This document shows, one piece after another, positions 37,861 through 47,167 of a stretch of 48,445 nt of DNA. Positions within the stretch are counted from its first letter, which is position 1, and each line of letters begins with the position of its first letter. The translations under genes and the position numbers were made by a program. A model generated the notes under the pieces. That model did not search any database. It was not told the DNA's origin and was given only the letters and a program-made list of their open reading frames with translations. Source of the stretch: Chthonomonas calidirosea (GTDB lineage: Bacteria > Armatimonadota > Fimbriimonadia > Fimbriimonadales > Fimbriimonadaceae); the NCBI GenBank assembly GCA_945859975.1, contig CAMAPH010000020.1, positions 1 through 48,445 on the forward strand, given 5' to 3'.

Positions 37861-39183
37861 GTGTCCCAATCAGATAACGCCGTCCGCATCGTCACCCTCG
37901 GGTGCGCAAAGAACGAGGTCGATAGTGAAGAAATCGCGGGAGTGCTGAACGAAGCCGGCTACCGTGTTGATGCGAACGCTCGAAAAACTGCCGTTACCGT
38001 GATCAACACCTGCGGTTTTCTCGAAGCATCGAAAGAGGAAAGCATTGCCGCGATTAAAGAAGCGGTGAAGGCAAAGCATAAAGGCCTGACCGGACGTGTG
38101 ATCGTTGCCGGTTGCTTGGCTCAACGCCTCGGCCCTGAGCTGATGAAGCTGGCCCCAGGTGCGGACTCTTATGTTGGCGTTGGCCAGATGGGGCGCTTTG
38201 CAGAAATCGTAAAGGAAGTGCAAGCCAGTCGCGAATCAACGCTTGATGTATCTCCACCGCACCACCGCTGGGCAGATGTACCGACGCGGGCGAGGAGCGG
38301 ACGACCTTGGAGCGCCTACTTAAAAGTTTCCGAAGGCTGTGACCACCGCTGCACCTTCTGCACCATCCCTTCGTTTCGAGGTGCCCACCAGAGCAAACCG
38401 ATTGAGCGAGTCATGGAAGAAGCGCACTTCTTGGCCAGCCAAGGGACCAAGGAAATCAACCTTATTGCTCAAGACGTTACGCAGTATGGGTACGACCTTT
38501 ATAAAGAATTTACGTTACCGAAACTTCTGAAACAACTGAACGAAGTAGACGGCATCGAGTGGATTCGCATCCTGTACTTCTATCCGAATCGCCTCACGGA
38601 TGAAGTGATCGAAACGATGGCAAGTTGCGCAAAGGTGGTGCCATACATCGACATCCCACTTCAGCACGCACATCCAGATGTGCTTCGACGCATGAAGCGC
38701 CCTTGGGACGGCGAACGCTACCTCGCCCGGTTCCAAAAGGTCCGCGATGCCATGCCCGACTGCGCGATTCGAACGACCTTTATCGTCGGTTTTCCGGGAG
38801 AAACCGACGCCGAGTTCCAATATCTGTTGGACTTCATCAAGGCAGCGCAGATGGATAGGGTCGGCGCATTTGTGTACAGCCGCGAACCAGGAACGCCAAG
38901 TTTTGACATGGAAGGGCAAGTCCCGTTCCGAACGAAACGAATGCGCTATGACCAACTTATGAAATTGCAACAAGGGATTTCATTAACGAAAAACCAGGCC
39001 TGGGTCGGACGCGAACTATCGGTTCTAATCGAGGATCATCGCGATGGCTGGTCTATCGGTAGATCGTTCAGAGACGCTCCGGAAATTGACGGTTTGGTTT
39101 TCGCAGAAGGAAGTTCTCCCTTGGGTGAACTTCGTAGCGTACGCATTAAAACCGCAGAGCATTACGACCTAATGGGCGTGTAG
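37861..39183 (+). CDS. rimO: Ribosomal protein S12 methylthiotransferase
   Basis: LGCAKNEVDSE, INTCGF, YLKVSEGCDHRCTFC (radical SAM), RTTFIVGFPGET and DAPEIDG (TRAM). Confidence 0.96.
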   Translation: MSQSDNAVRIVTLGCAKNEVDSEEIAGVLNEAGYRVDANARKTAVTVINTCGFLEASKEESIAAIKEAVKAKHKGLTGRVIVAGCLAQRLGPELMKLAPGADSYVGVGQMGRFAEIVKEVQASRESTLDVSPPHHRWADVPTRARSGRPWSAYLKVSEGCDHRCTFCTIPSFRGAHQSKPIERVMEEAHFLASQGTKEINLIAQDVTQYGYDLYKEFTLPKLLKQLNEVDGIEWIRILYFYPNRLTDEVIETMASCAKVVPYIDIPLQHAHPDVLRRMKRPWDGERYLARFQKVRDAMPDCAIRTTFIVGFPGETDAEFQYLLDFIKAAQMDRVGAFVYSREPGTPSFDMEGQVPFRTKRMRYDQLMKLQQGISLTKNQAWVGRELSVLIEDHRDGWSIGRSFRDAPEIDGLVFAEGSSPLGELRSVRIKTAEHYDLMGV

Positions 39184-39225
39184 TCCTTTATCGTGTCCCC
39201 CTTTTGTGCTAATTTCCAAGCAAAA

Positions 39226-39234
39226 TGCTATAAT
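39226..39234 (+). promoter_or_regulatory. Extended -10 promoter for the DYILD-repeat gene
   Basis: TGCTATAAT is a perfect TGn-TATAAT in an AT-rich intergenic stretch, 64 nt before the ATG. Confidence 0.65.
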
Positions 39235-39298
39235 AGTAGCAAAAATTTACTGCAGTATTTGTTCCAGGAGGCATAATATCAGAACGTAGGTTTACGCC

Positions 39299-40117
39299 AT
39301 GAATTTGAATACCAAGGTAGCGTTCGTTATTTCCGGATTGATCGGTCTGAGTGCCGTGTCCCGGGCAGATTACATTCTCGACACGCCACTGTCCGACTAC
39401 ATCCTTGACGGTCCTTCCATCGCGACGGCTTGGTACTTCAAGGACGTGCAGTTCAAGGCTGGTCAACAGATCCGAGCGGATATTCGAGTTTCCAATGGTG
39501 CCTTGGAATTCACCAGCACCAGCACGATTCTTCCATCCGGAGCACCTGCAGGACTGAAGGTCTTCTCCAGCTACGGAACGACCGTTGTTGGCTACGAATG
39601 GGCCTTCGTCGACAACCGAAAGCTGTACGTGAAGGCAGTCTTGGCCGATGGAACGACGCAGATCGTTACGCCAAACTTTGCAAACGGCGTTATCACGCCA
39701 GCAACCTTGGTTTCGGGTTCATCTGAAGGCACTGCAGCGCGACTCACGTCGCCAGACGCTGGTACCTTCGGCGCAGGTTGGACCTTCGGCGACGAGGATG
39801 CATCCACGGAAGGCGTCCAGATCAATGGCTGGGTTGAGTTCAACAAGGAGTCCGGAGTCATCCGATTCCGAACGAACAGCACCTGCGACGAAGAAACCGG
39901 TCGAAATTGCGGACCGAAGACGATCAACCGAGTCGGAGACAACACACTCTCCGTTCGAAAGGTCAAGGACATCTTCTTTGCCGACGGAAAGGTCTACGTA
40001 GTTGCGAAGGTTCGAGAGCAAGGCGATGGCGCCAAGACTTTGGTCTTCACCACCAACTTCGAAGCCGGCACTGCCGCCCGAGCAATCGTTCCAACCGTCG
40101 ACTACATCCTCGACTAG
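39299..40117 (+). CDS. Secreted hypothetical protein with three DYILD motifs
   Basis: Sec signal peptide ending VSRA, beta-rich body with one Cys pair, and DYILD at mature positions 1-5, 10-14 and the C-terminus. Host-like codon usage. Confidence 0.8.
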   Translation: MNLNTKVAFVISGLIGLSAVSRADYILDTPLSDYILDGPSIATAWYFKDVQFKAGQQIRADIRVSNGALEFTSTSTILPSGAPAGLKVFSSYGTTVVGYEWAFVDNRKLYVKAVLADGTTQIVTPNFANGVITPATLVSGSSEGTAARLTSPDAGTFGAGWTFGDEDASTEGVQINGWVEFNKESGVIRFRTNSTCDEETGRNCGPKTINRVGDNTLSVRKVKDIFFADGKVYVVAKVREQGDGAKTLVFTTNFEAGTAARAIVPTVDYILD

Positions 40118-40129
40118 TAGGAACAAAAC

Positions 40130-40164
40130 AAAAAGCCCAGCCTCAACGGAGGCTGGGCTTTTTT
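40130..40164. terminator. Bidirectional rho-independent terminator
   Basis: AAAAAGCCCAGCCTC-AACG-GAGGCTGGGCTTTTTT between convergent genes. Confidence 0.92.
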
Positions 40165-40181
40165 GTTGTCCGGATTTTGAG

Positions 40182-40595
40182 TTAGGCGACTAGACCTTCT
40201 GGGAACCAAAGCGCTAGCTCGTTCGCGGCGGCCTCTGGGTCGCTGCTGCTGTGCGTGAGGTTGTCGTCGATGCTGAGCGCGAAGTCGCCGCGCACCGTGC
40301 CAGGAGTCGCATCGAGTGGGTTGGTCGAGCCCATCATGGCTCGGATGGCTTTTATTGCATTTTCGCCGCGAACCGCGAGAGCAACAACCGGACCCGAGGT
40401 GAGGTAGTCGCACACGCTGCCAAAGAACGGTCGCTCTTTGTGCTCGGCATAGTGAGCTTCAACGGTCTCTCGTGGGGCATTCACGAGCTTCAGTCCAACA
40501 ACTTTCAGGTTGCGTCGCTCGATTCGGGTGGTGATTTCACCGATGAGATTTCGCTGAACGCCGCCTGGCTTAATGAGAATCAGAGTTGTTTCCAT
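40182..40595 (-). CDS. ndk: Nucleoside diphosphate kinase
   Basis: METTLILIKP, HYAEHKERPFF, PGTVRGDF, NLTHSS (catalytic His) and ELALWF. ATG 40595. Confidence 0.96.
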   Translation of the reverse strand: METTLILIKPGGVQRNLIGEITTRIERRNLKVVGLKLVNAPRETVEAHYAEHKERPFFGSVCDYLTSGPVVALAVRGENAIKAIRAMMGSTNPLDATPGTVRGDFALSIDDNLTHSSSDPEAAANELALWFPEGLVA

Positions 40596-40667
40596 GAATT
40601 CGGAAGTGTACCGACCTGCCTTATGGCCCACGAGAATTCTTCGGGCGTGTTAAGCTATGCGCGTCTC

Positions 40668-41585
40668 GTGACTGTAGCCCGAATCAGCAATCTCACCGTA
40701 CGATACGGCAACTTCACCGCCTTAGACGACCTCTCCTGTGAAATACCAGAAGGTTGCACTGGGCTGTTAGGTCCGAATGGTGCGGGCAAAACAACGCTTC
40801 TCAAAACCATCCTCGGTTTTGTCAATCCAACGTCCGGCGAAGGCACGGTAATGGGCAAAGACATCCGCACCGATGGCATGGCGATCCGCCAGCTCATTGG
40901 CCTCATGCCAGAGCAGGATTGCCACATCCCTGGAATGACCGCGGTTGGCTTTGTCAGCTACGCGGGAGAACTCTCCGGGATGCCGCCAGCGGATGCCCTG
41001 CGGCGGGCCCACGAGGTTCTGGAGTACTGCGGACTCGGCGAAGCGCGCTACCGAAACGTGGAAACCTATTCCACCGGTATGAAGCAGCGGATCAAACTCG
41101 CACAAGCGCTGGTGCATGGTCCCAAACTTCTGTTGCTAGATGAGCCCACCAACGGCCTCGATCCACGGGGACGAGAAGAGATGCTGGACCTGGTCCGGTC
41201 CGTCTCGCATGGACGCGGCGTGAACGTCATCGTGAGCAGCCACCTGTTGCCCGATATCGAGCGCGTATGCGATCGCGTCATCGTGGTCATCAAAGGCAAA
41301 CTCCGAACCGCCGGCACCATCAAAGACCTAAAGAAGCTTGCCGGTCAACCTGCCGACGTTGAACTCAGGGAACCCAGCTTGGCCTTCTCAAACTTGCTAA
41401 TGGACAAGGGCCTCACCGTCGCCCCGCCCAAAGGCAATGTCTACCGCGTACAAAGCGAATTGCCACCGGAGGAGCTCCTACGAGTTGTCCAACGAGCCGC
41501 CATTGAATCCGGCGCCCAAGTTCGTGGATTCGAAACCGCCGTCCGAACCTTGGAAGAAGTCTTCTTGGAGGCCCTCACTTCATGA
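40668..41585 (+). CDS. ABC transporter ATP-binding protein (ABC-2 exporter)
   Basis: GPNGAGKTT, YSTGMKQR, LLLDEPT and SSH. GTG 40668 was chosen because the longer ORF overlaps ndk. Confidence 0.95.
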   Translation: MTVARISNLTVRYGNFTALDDLSCEIPEGCTGLLGPNGAGKTTLLKTILGFVNPTSGEGTVMGKDIRTDGMAIRQLIGLMPEQDCHIPGMTAVGFVSYAGELSGMPPADALRRAHEVLEYCGLGEARYRNVETYSTGMKQRIKLAQALVHGPKLLLLDEPTNGLDPRGREEMLDLVRSVSHGRGVNVIVSSHLLPDIERVCDRVIVVIKGKLRTAGTIKDLKKLAGQPADVELREPSLAFSNLLMDKGLTVAPPKGNVYRVQSELPPEELLRVVQRAAIESGAQVRGFETAVRTLEEVFLEALTS

Positions 41586-42532
41586 GCAACATCAAACCGA
41601 TTGCCGACCTAAGCTATCGCAACTACGATGGCCCGCTCAAAAAGCCCGGCTCCCGCTGGTGGGTCATCGCGAAGAACGGCATCCGCATTGCGCTGAAAAA
41701 GAAAGCGCTCTGGGGCCTCATGTTCGTTTCGGCTTGGTACTACCTGGTGATGCTGGTAGTCCTGTTCTTCGTCCAACAGGTCACGTCTTCTAACCCAGCC
41801 GGTGCGCAGGCGATGAAAGCGTTCATGGAACGCCTTATTTGGCCAGACCAGTTTTTGCACGGCTTCAGCTACGCACAGTTGCCGATGCTCATCATTGCGC
41901 TCATGCTCGGTGCAGGCTCGATCGCAAACGACAACCGGGCAAACGCCATGCTCGTCTATCTCAGCAAACCTTGCGACAAGCGTGAGTACTTGTTCGGAAA
42001 ATGGATTGGCATTGCCCTTCCGATCTTCGTGATCATGGTTGTGCCCACGATCATTTTCTACGGCTACGGCGCGCTGACTTTCCGCGAATATGGGTTCCTC
42101 AAAGATGCTTGGCTCCTGCCGAAGATGCTCGCGATCATTCCGATTGCGGCTATTTTCCACGCCAGCATCGTGGTCGGAATCAGTTCGATGTTTAACCAAG
42201 CCCGTAACGCTTCGGCGACCTACGCTGGCATCTACTTCATCACGAACTTCTTCACATTGCTGATGGGCGGAATCTGGGCCTCTTCTCGGGGTGAAACGCC
42301 GTTCCCGGTCAAGCATCTTTTCTATGCCAGCATCGACGGCGTCCTGATCGGCGTCTGCAAGGCTATCATCGGTACAAAAGGATCAGCGCCTTTTGGAATC
42401 CAGAGCCCCGGAGGAGTGAGCCAAGTTCCCGCGCCTAATATTGCCGCAATCCTAGGAATCGCCCTCCTGATCAGCGTTGTATTCGTGCTGATCGCCTGGC
42501 GAAAGATCCGCGCCGTGGAGGTGATCGGATGA
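41582..42532 (+). CDS. ABC-2 type transporter permease
   Basis: Multi-TM protein with IANDNRANAMLVYLSKP..YLFGK. ATGA coupling to the upstream gene. Confidence 0.88.
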   Translation: MSNIKPIADLSYRNYDGPLKKPGSRWWVIAKNGIRIALKKKALWGLMFVSAWYYLVMLVVLFFVQQVTSSNPAGAQAMKAFMERLIWPDQFLHGFSYAQLPMLIIALMLGAGSIANDNRANAMLVYLSKPCDKREYLFGKWIGIALPIFVIMVVPTIIFYGYGALTFREYGFLKDAWLLPKMLAIIPIAAIFHASIVVGISSMFNQARNASATYAGIYFITNFFTLLMGGIWASSRGETPFPVKHLFYASIDGVLIGVCKAIIGTKGSAPFGIQSPGGVSQVPAPNIAAILGIALLISVVFVLIAWRKIRAVEVIG

Positions 42533-43443
42533 TCCAGATCGAAAACGCTTCGCGATGGTTCGGACAGGTCATCGGCGTCAACGACGTCACGCACACCATC
42601 GAGCCCGGTGTCACCGCCCTCCTCGGAATGAACGGTGCGGGAAAGAGCACGCTCCTGCGGCTCATCACCGGCCAAATTCGTCCGACCACCGGATCGATCA
42701 AAGTCTTTGGAAACGAGCCGTTCGCCAATCCCGAGGTCTACAAGCGCATGGGCTACTGCCCAGAAATCGACCAGTTCTACGAGCACCGAACCGGACGACA
42801 GTTTGTGAATTACCTCGCCCGGCTGGCCGGAATGTCTGCCGCCGAAGCGAAGACCCGAACCGACGAAGTGCTTCACGAAGTCGGCATGGCCGATCGCGCC
42901 GACAAGAAGCTCGCCGGCTATTCGAAAGGAATGCGCCAGCGAATCAAGCTTGCGCAAGCTATTCTCCACGACCCGGACATCATCCTTCTCGATGAGCCAC
43001 TGAACGGTCTCGACCCCGTCGGTCGTCGGGAGTTCATGTCGTATCTGCACACGCTAGCCGAGCGCGGAAAGACGATCCTCGTCAGCTCGCACATTCTCTT
43101 TGAAGTCGAGCAGATGACGAAGTCGATCATGCTTCTCCACCGGGGCCGATTGCTCGCCGCGGGCGATGTTAGCCTGATCCGCGAGTACATCGACAAGTAC
43201 CCGCACCGTGTTCGAATCGAAACTCCGCAGCCGCGAGAGGTCGCCGCAAAGCTGATTCAGTTGCCCTACGTGCTGAAGGTCGAATTTGATGAATGGCGCG
43301 GCGGCATCGAGTTGCAAACCCGAGAGCTAAACCAGTTCTTCGCGTTCTTGCCCACGCTCACGACGGAAGAGAACTTCACCATAACCGGCTTCTCCTCCCC
43401 CGATAACAACTTGGAATCCATCTTCCACTACTTAATCGAATGA
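42529..43443 (+). CDS. ABC transporter ATP-binding protein
   Basis: GMNGAGKST, YSKGMRQR, LLDEPLNGLDP and SSH. Confidence 0.95.
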   Translation: MIQIENASRWFGQVIGVNDVTHTIEPGVTALLGMNGAGKSTLLRLITGQIRPTTGSIKVFGNEPFANPEVYKRMGYCPEIDQFYEHRTGRQFVNYLARLAGMSAAEAKTRTDEVLHEVGMADRADKKLAGYSKGMRQRIKLAQAILHDPDIILLDEPLNGLDPVGRREFMSYLHTLAERGKTILVSSHILFEVEQMTKSIMLLHRGRLLAAGDVSLIREYIDKYPHRVRIETPQPREVAAKLIQLPYVLKVEFDEWRGGIELQTRELNQFFAFLPTLTTEENFTITGFSSPDNNLESIFHYLIE

Positions 43444-44207
43444 GTATCGCGCCCTTCGTATTCACGTCCACCCTGCAGGACATGCTTCGGCCCAAACGCT
43501 TTGCCATTTGGGTTATTGTTGCCATCGCGATGGTTGTTCTGGGACAGGTCTTCCTGCGGTTCACCCCAACCAGCACGGCGACGATGGCTTACAGCACGCT
43601 GTCCGAGTTGATCGTCTTCCGCATTCTCGCCCTTGCGGCGGCGATTTTTGCGACCGGTGTTGTGAGTCAGGAAGTTGAGCAGAAGACGATCGTTTACTTG
43701 CTCACCCGCCCGGTTCCTCGACCCGTGCTCATTCTTGCCCGAACCCTGGCCGCTTCGGTCACGGTTTCGATTGTCGGAATCTTGGCCGCGCTTGGCACCG
43801 CGCTCGGGACCCGGTCAACCATCGGCGAACTATTTTTCCGAGACTGCAGTGCGCTCATCCTCGGATCGTTTGCTTATTGCGCCCTCTTCGTTCTGGTGAG
43901 CTTGCTCATCAACAAGTCGATGGTGATTAACCTCATCTTTGCCTTCGGTTACGAAGCTGCCGTGCCAAAGATGCCTGGCGACATCTACAAGGTCAGCATC
44001 AACAGCTACCTGATGTCGATTGCCTCGCACCCGAAGATTGCGCCCGTGACCTCAGATGCCGCACCAGTTGCAACGCCGGCTGCCGTAAACACGATCCAGC
44101 CTGGTGCAGCTTGGCTGGCGATGATCGGCTTGGTCGTGTTGTGTTCGATGTTCAACGCCCAGTGGTTCGACCGAAACGAGTACGTTCCACGAGAAGACGG
44201 TGACTAG
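43440..44207 (+). CDS. ABC-2 type transporter permease
   Basis: Multi-TM protein with EVEQKTIVYLLTRPVPR. ATGA coupling to the upstream gene. Confidence 0.88.
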   Translation: MSIAPFVFTSTLQDMLRPKRFAIWVIVAIAMVVLGQVFLRFTPTSTATMAYSTLSELIVFRILALAAAIFATGVVSQEVEQKTIVYLLTRPVPRPVLILARTLAASVTVSIVGILAALGTALGTRSTIGELFFRDCSALILGSFAYCALFVLVSLLINKSMVINLIFAFGYEAAVPKMPGDIYKVSINSYLMSIASHPKIAPVTSDAAPVATPAAVNTIQPGAAWLAMIGLVVLCSMFNAQWFDRNEYVPREDGD

Positions 44208-45048
44208 TCGCGAAGTCGCTGTGTTCGGCAGCGACTTCACCAGCACCGAGATCCTTTCGAGATCGAAGGCTCAGCACTTAGTCCGGGGTCACCTGTCCGG
44301 GACCCATCTCAGCATCTCCAGTCACGAAAGCTTCGTAACCAACGAGTCGTGGATCGCGGCTCTGCCAAAGGACGGACCGTGGGTGTTCGGCGTCGACTTT
44401 CCCCTTGGGCAGCCCAGGGCCTTTTGCGATTCGCTTGGGATTGAAACCTACGACGAGCTGATTGCCAGAGCTTCTAGAATGAGTCCGGCCGAATGGAAGG
44501 CTGCTGTGAAAGGCTTCCGTGGCCCAAATGGTAAACGTCGCATCGGGCGCCTGGTGGACGGGAAGGCGCGGGCCGGGCACGCCATGAATGTCGACAACCC
44601 GCCCGTCGGAATGATGTTCCACCGTGGTGCCCCGCTCTTGTATCGGGCCGGCTTTTCGATGGCCCCGGTTCGACCAAATCCATCGGAGCAGATTGTAATT
44701 GAGGCCTATCCGGCCCTTGTCGCAGCGAAAGCAATGCCGAGCCGCAATCCGATGAAAGCCGTCAGCTACAAGGGTGGCAAGTCCGCCCAACGGATGGCAA
44801 AGCAAGCTTGCCGACAAACAATCCTTGACCGCCTCCCCCAGGTGTGCCCCGATCATTACGGCTTGAGCATTCAGATCGCGGCCGAAGTCCACCAAGCGGC
44901 CCTCACCGATTCGCACGGTGACATTCTCGATAGCGTTCTGGCTGCCATCCAGGCGGCTTGGGCGGCAACTCAACCTGGATTCGGTATCCCAGTTGATGCC
45001 GATCCATTAGAAGGCTGGATTTGTGATCCAATCTTAATCACTGCTTAA
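44200..45048 (+). CDS. DUF429 family protein (predicted RNase H-like nuclease)
   Basis: VFGSDFTS, GVDFPLGQP, IEAYPA, GDILDSVLAAIQA and DPLEGWI. Confidence 0.8.
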   Translation: MTSREVAVFGSDFTSTEILSRSKAQHLVRGHLSGTHLSISSHESFVTNESWIAALPKDGPWVFGVDFPLGQPRAFCDSLGIETYDELIARASRMSPAEWKAAVKGFRGPNGKRRIGRLVDGKARAGHAMNVDNPPVGMMFHRGAPLLYRAGFSMAPVRPNPSEQIVIEAYPALVAAKAMPSRNPMKAVSYKGGKSAQRMAKQACRQTILDRLPQVCPDHYGLSIQIAAEVHQAALTDSHGDILDSVLAAIQAAWAATQPGFGIPVDADPLEGWICDPILITA

Positions 45049-45071
45049 CATAACCTTTGCTAGACTGCCTT

Positions 45072-45809
45072 ATGCGTAAAGCCTTCACGCTGATCGAGTT
45101 GTTGGTGGTCATTGCGATCATCGCCATCCTCGCGGCAATCCTGTTCCCCGTCTTTGCCCAGGCTAAAGCCAGCGCCAAGAAGACCGCTTGCTTGAGCAAT
45201 CAGCGTCAGCTTGGCATCGCGCTTACGCAGTACATCTCGGACAACGACGACCAGCTGTTCTTCTTTGCGCACGATGTCGACCTCAGCCGGACGAACCTTT
45301 CCCGACCTTACGGTGCGACCCGTGAGAACCGATGGTGGAATCAGATTCAGCCTTACGTCAAGAGCCTAGACATTCTTAAGTCCCCGAGCGACGCTGGCCA
45401 GCGACCCCACTCGCTCGAGGACGGCACCAACGGCAAGCCCTTGGTCAAGCGATCCTATGTGGCCAACCGAGCCGCCGAAGGTCTTCCATACTCCGCGGTT
45501 GAATTCCCGTCGGACATCGTCGTGATCACCGTAAAGAACGGCATCTACGACGACTCTTGGTACGAGCCACCCAAGAACTTGTACAACAAGACCGCCACGA
45601 CCCCGCCCGTGCTTGCGCTGGACCTCCAGAACGGTGGCGTAAACATGACCTACTTCGACGGTCATGCCAAATGGATGAGTAAGGGCAAGATCTTGAGCGA
45701 CCCTTGCGGCGAGCCGTTCAGCGGCGTTTCGCTGATGCGACTCTTCCCGATTCCGCCAACCCCCGGCCGCCCGGATCGAACCCCCTGGCACCCGAACTGC
45801 CCGAACTGA
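45072..45809 (+). CDS. Prepilin-type N-terminal cleavage/methylation domain protein (DUF1559/H-X9-DG family)
   Basis: [41 protein letters not shown] and C-terminal [14 protein letters not shown]. Confidence 0.92.
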   Translation: MRKAFTLIELLVVIAIIAILAAILFPVFAQAKASAKKTACLSNQRQLGIALTQYISDNDDQLFFFAHDVDLSRTNLSRPYGATRENRWWNQIQPYVKSLDILKSPSDAGQRPHSLEDGTNGKPLVKRSYVANRAAEGLPYSAVEFPSDIVVITVKNGIYDDSWYEPPKNLYNKTATTPPVLALDLQNGGVNMTYFDGHAKWMSKGKILSDPCGEPFSGVSLMRLFPIPPTPGRPDRTPWHPNCPN

Positions 45810-45819
45810 GTCGTGGGTA

Positions 45820-46383
45820 CTAATCTGCCGCGTCAAAGTTGACGCGTTCGTAGAGCGAGCGAACTGGAACTCGAAGTCCGATGACTTCAAGTTCTAGTTC
45901 CGCGTCTAGGCCCAGGTCCTTTACTTTCCACTCGCCCAGAGGCGAGCGAAGCAGGACTTCCAGCCAGGGCTGTGTAGAGTCGATGTAGATAATTGCCTGC
46001 AGGGATTGCAAGGACCGATATAGCGGTTGCTTTCGTGCAAGATCATGCTCCGCCGTTGAAGGCGACAAAACTTCCACGATGACGAGTGGGTTCATCAAAG
46101 CGTCGATTCCGCGGAATCTTTCAAACTCAGCGCCAAGGGCCAGCGAAGCATCGGGAAAGACATAGCTTTCAGGACTCACTCGGACCGATTGATCTGGGCC
46201 GAAGTACTCCAAGTCTGGAGCAAGGTTCGCGTTGTACACCTGCTTTGCAACATTGGATTGGATACGGCTATGGTCCCGCCTTCCGCCGGACATTTCGTAG
46301 ACGCGACCCTTTAGAAGCTCCAACCTTACCGCCGAGCGCAGTAAACGCTCCATGAAATCGGATGCCAGAACGCTGCTAACCAT
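45820..46383 (-). CDS. Uma2 family (PD-(D/E)XK) endonuclease
   Basis: ELLKGRVYEMSGG, HSRIQSN, FPDA and IVEVLSPST..D...K..Y. Confidence 0.9.
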   Translation of the reverse strand: MVSSVLASDFMERLLRSAVRLELLKGRVYEMSGGRRDHSRIQSNVAKQVYNANLAPDLEYFGPDQSVRVSPESYVFPDASLALGAEFERFRGIDALMNPLVIVEVLSPSTAEHDLARKQPLYRSLQSLQAIIYIDSTQPWLEVLLRSPLGEWKVKDLGLDAELELEVIGLRVPVRSLYERVNFDAAD

Positions 46384-46405
46384 TCACAAAAATGATACGC
46401 GCACT

Positions 46406-47122
46406 TTAGTTTGTGGTTCCAACTTTTGGTAGCTTCTGCTCCAAAAGCCAGGTGTAAAACTCGTCCTTCGCGTAGAAGTCCGTCCAAACGTCGTGCCCGC
46501 CGCCCTTGATGATGTCGAACCGCGGCTTCGCACCGGCCCGGATAAGCGCATCTACCATCTGCTGACTCTCCGCAATCGGCACCGCGCCATCCGCATCACC
46601 GTGCGTCACCCAGGTGGGGATATGGGCGATGGTCTTTGCCAGCCGGAAGTTGCCGCCACCGCAAACCGGAGCGATCGCCGCGAAGCGATTCGGGAAGGTC
46701 TCCGCCAAACCCCACGTGCCGTATCCGCCCATGCTGAGACCGGTGATATAGATTCGATCCTTATCCACCCGGTACTTGCGCTCGAGATGGTCGATCATTC
46801 CGCCAAGAGTGTCAATGTCCCACCATTTATCTGCCGGACACTGCGGCGCCACGACGATCATCGGAATCTTGCGACCCTTGGCGATTTCCTTAAGCGGCCC
46901 ATGGACCCCAACCATCTTCAGGTCCGTTCCACGTTCTCCCGAGCCGTGCAAAAACACCATGAGCGGCCACTTTTGCCGCTTGTTCTTGTCGTACCCCTCG
47001 GGCAACGCGACCTGGAATGCGGCTGAGACGGTTTTCGTAATCTTGCGCGAGAACGTTTCGTCTTGCGGGGTTTGTCCGTGGGCACCAACCATCGCAACGG
47101 TGAGAAGAGCGGAACCAAGCAT
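46406..47122 (-). CDS. Exported alpha/beta hydrolase (predicted peptidase/carboxylesterase)
   Basis: Signal peptide, FLHGSGERG, GLSMGG nucleophile elbow, HGDADGAV and GGHDVW. Confidence 0.9.
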   Translation of the reverse strand: MLGSALLTVAMVGAHGQTPQDETFSRKITKTVSAAFQVALPEGYDKNKRQKWPLMVFLHGSGERGTDLKMVGVHGPLKEIAKGRKIPMIVVAPQCPADKWWDIDTLGGMIDHLERKYRVDKDRIYITGLSMGGYGTWGLAETFPNRFAAIAPVCGGGNFRLAKTIAHIPTWVTHGDADGAVPIAESQQMVDALIRAGAKPRFDIIKGGGHDVWTDFYAKDEFYTWLLEQKLPKVGTTN

Positions 47123-47167
47123 TCACGTAACTTACTCCAATCCCTTTCCGTGCCACACTTGCGCAGG

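Noticed and set aside
40251..40667. 139-codon N-terminal extension of the ABC ATPase
   Set aside because: Overlaps ndk on the opposite strand; ATPase similarity starts near GTG 40668.
44200..46383. DUF429 plus Uma2 as a defence island
   Set aside because: Both families are commonly scattered singletons, they are on opposite strands, and no other defence or mobility genes are nearby.
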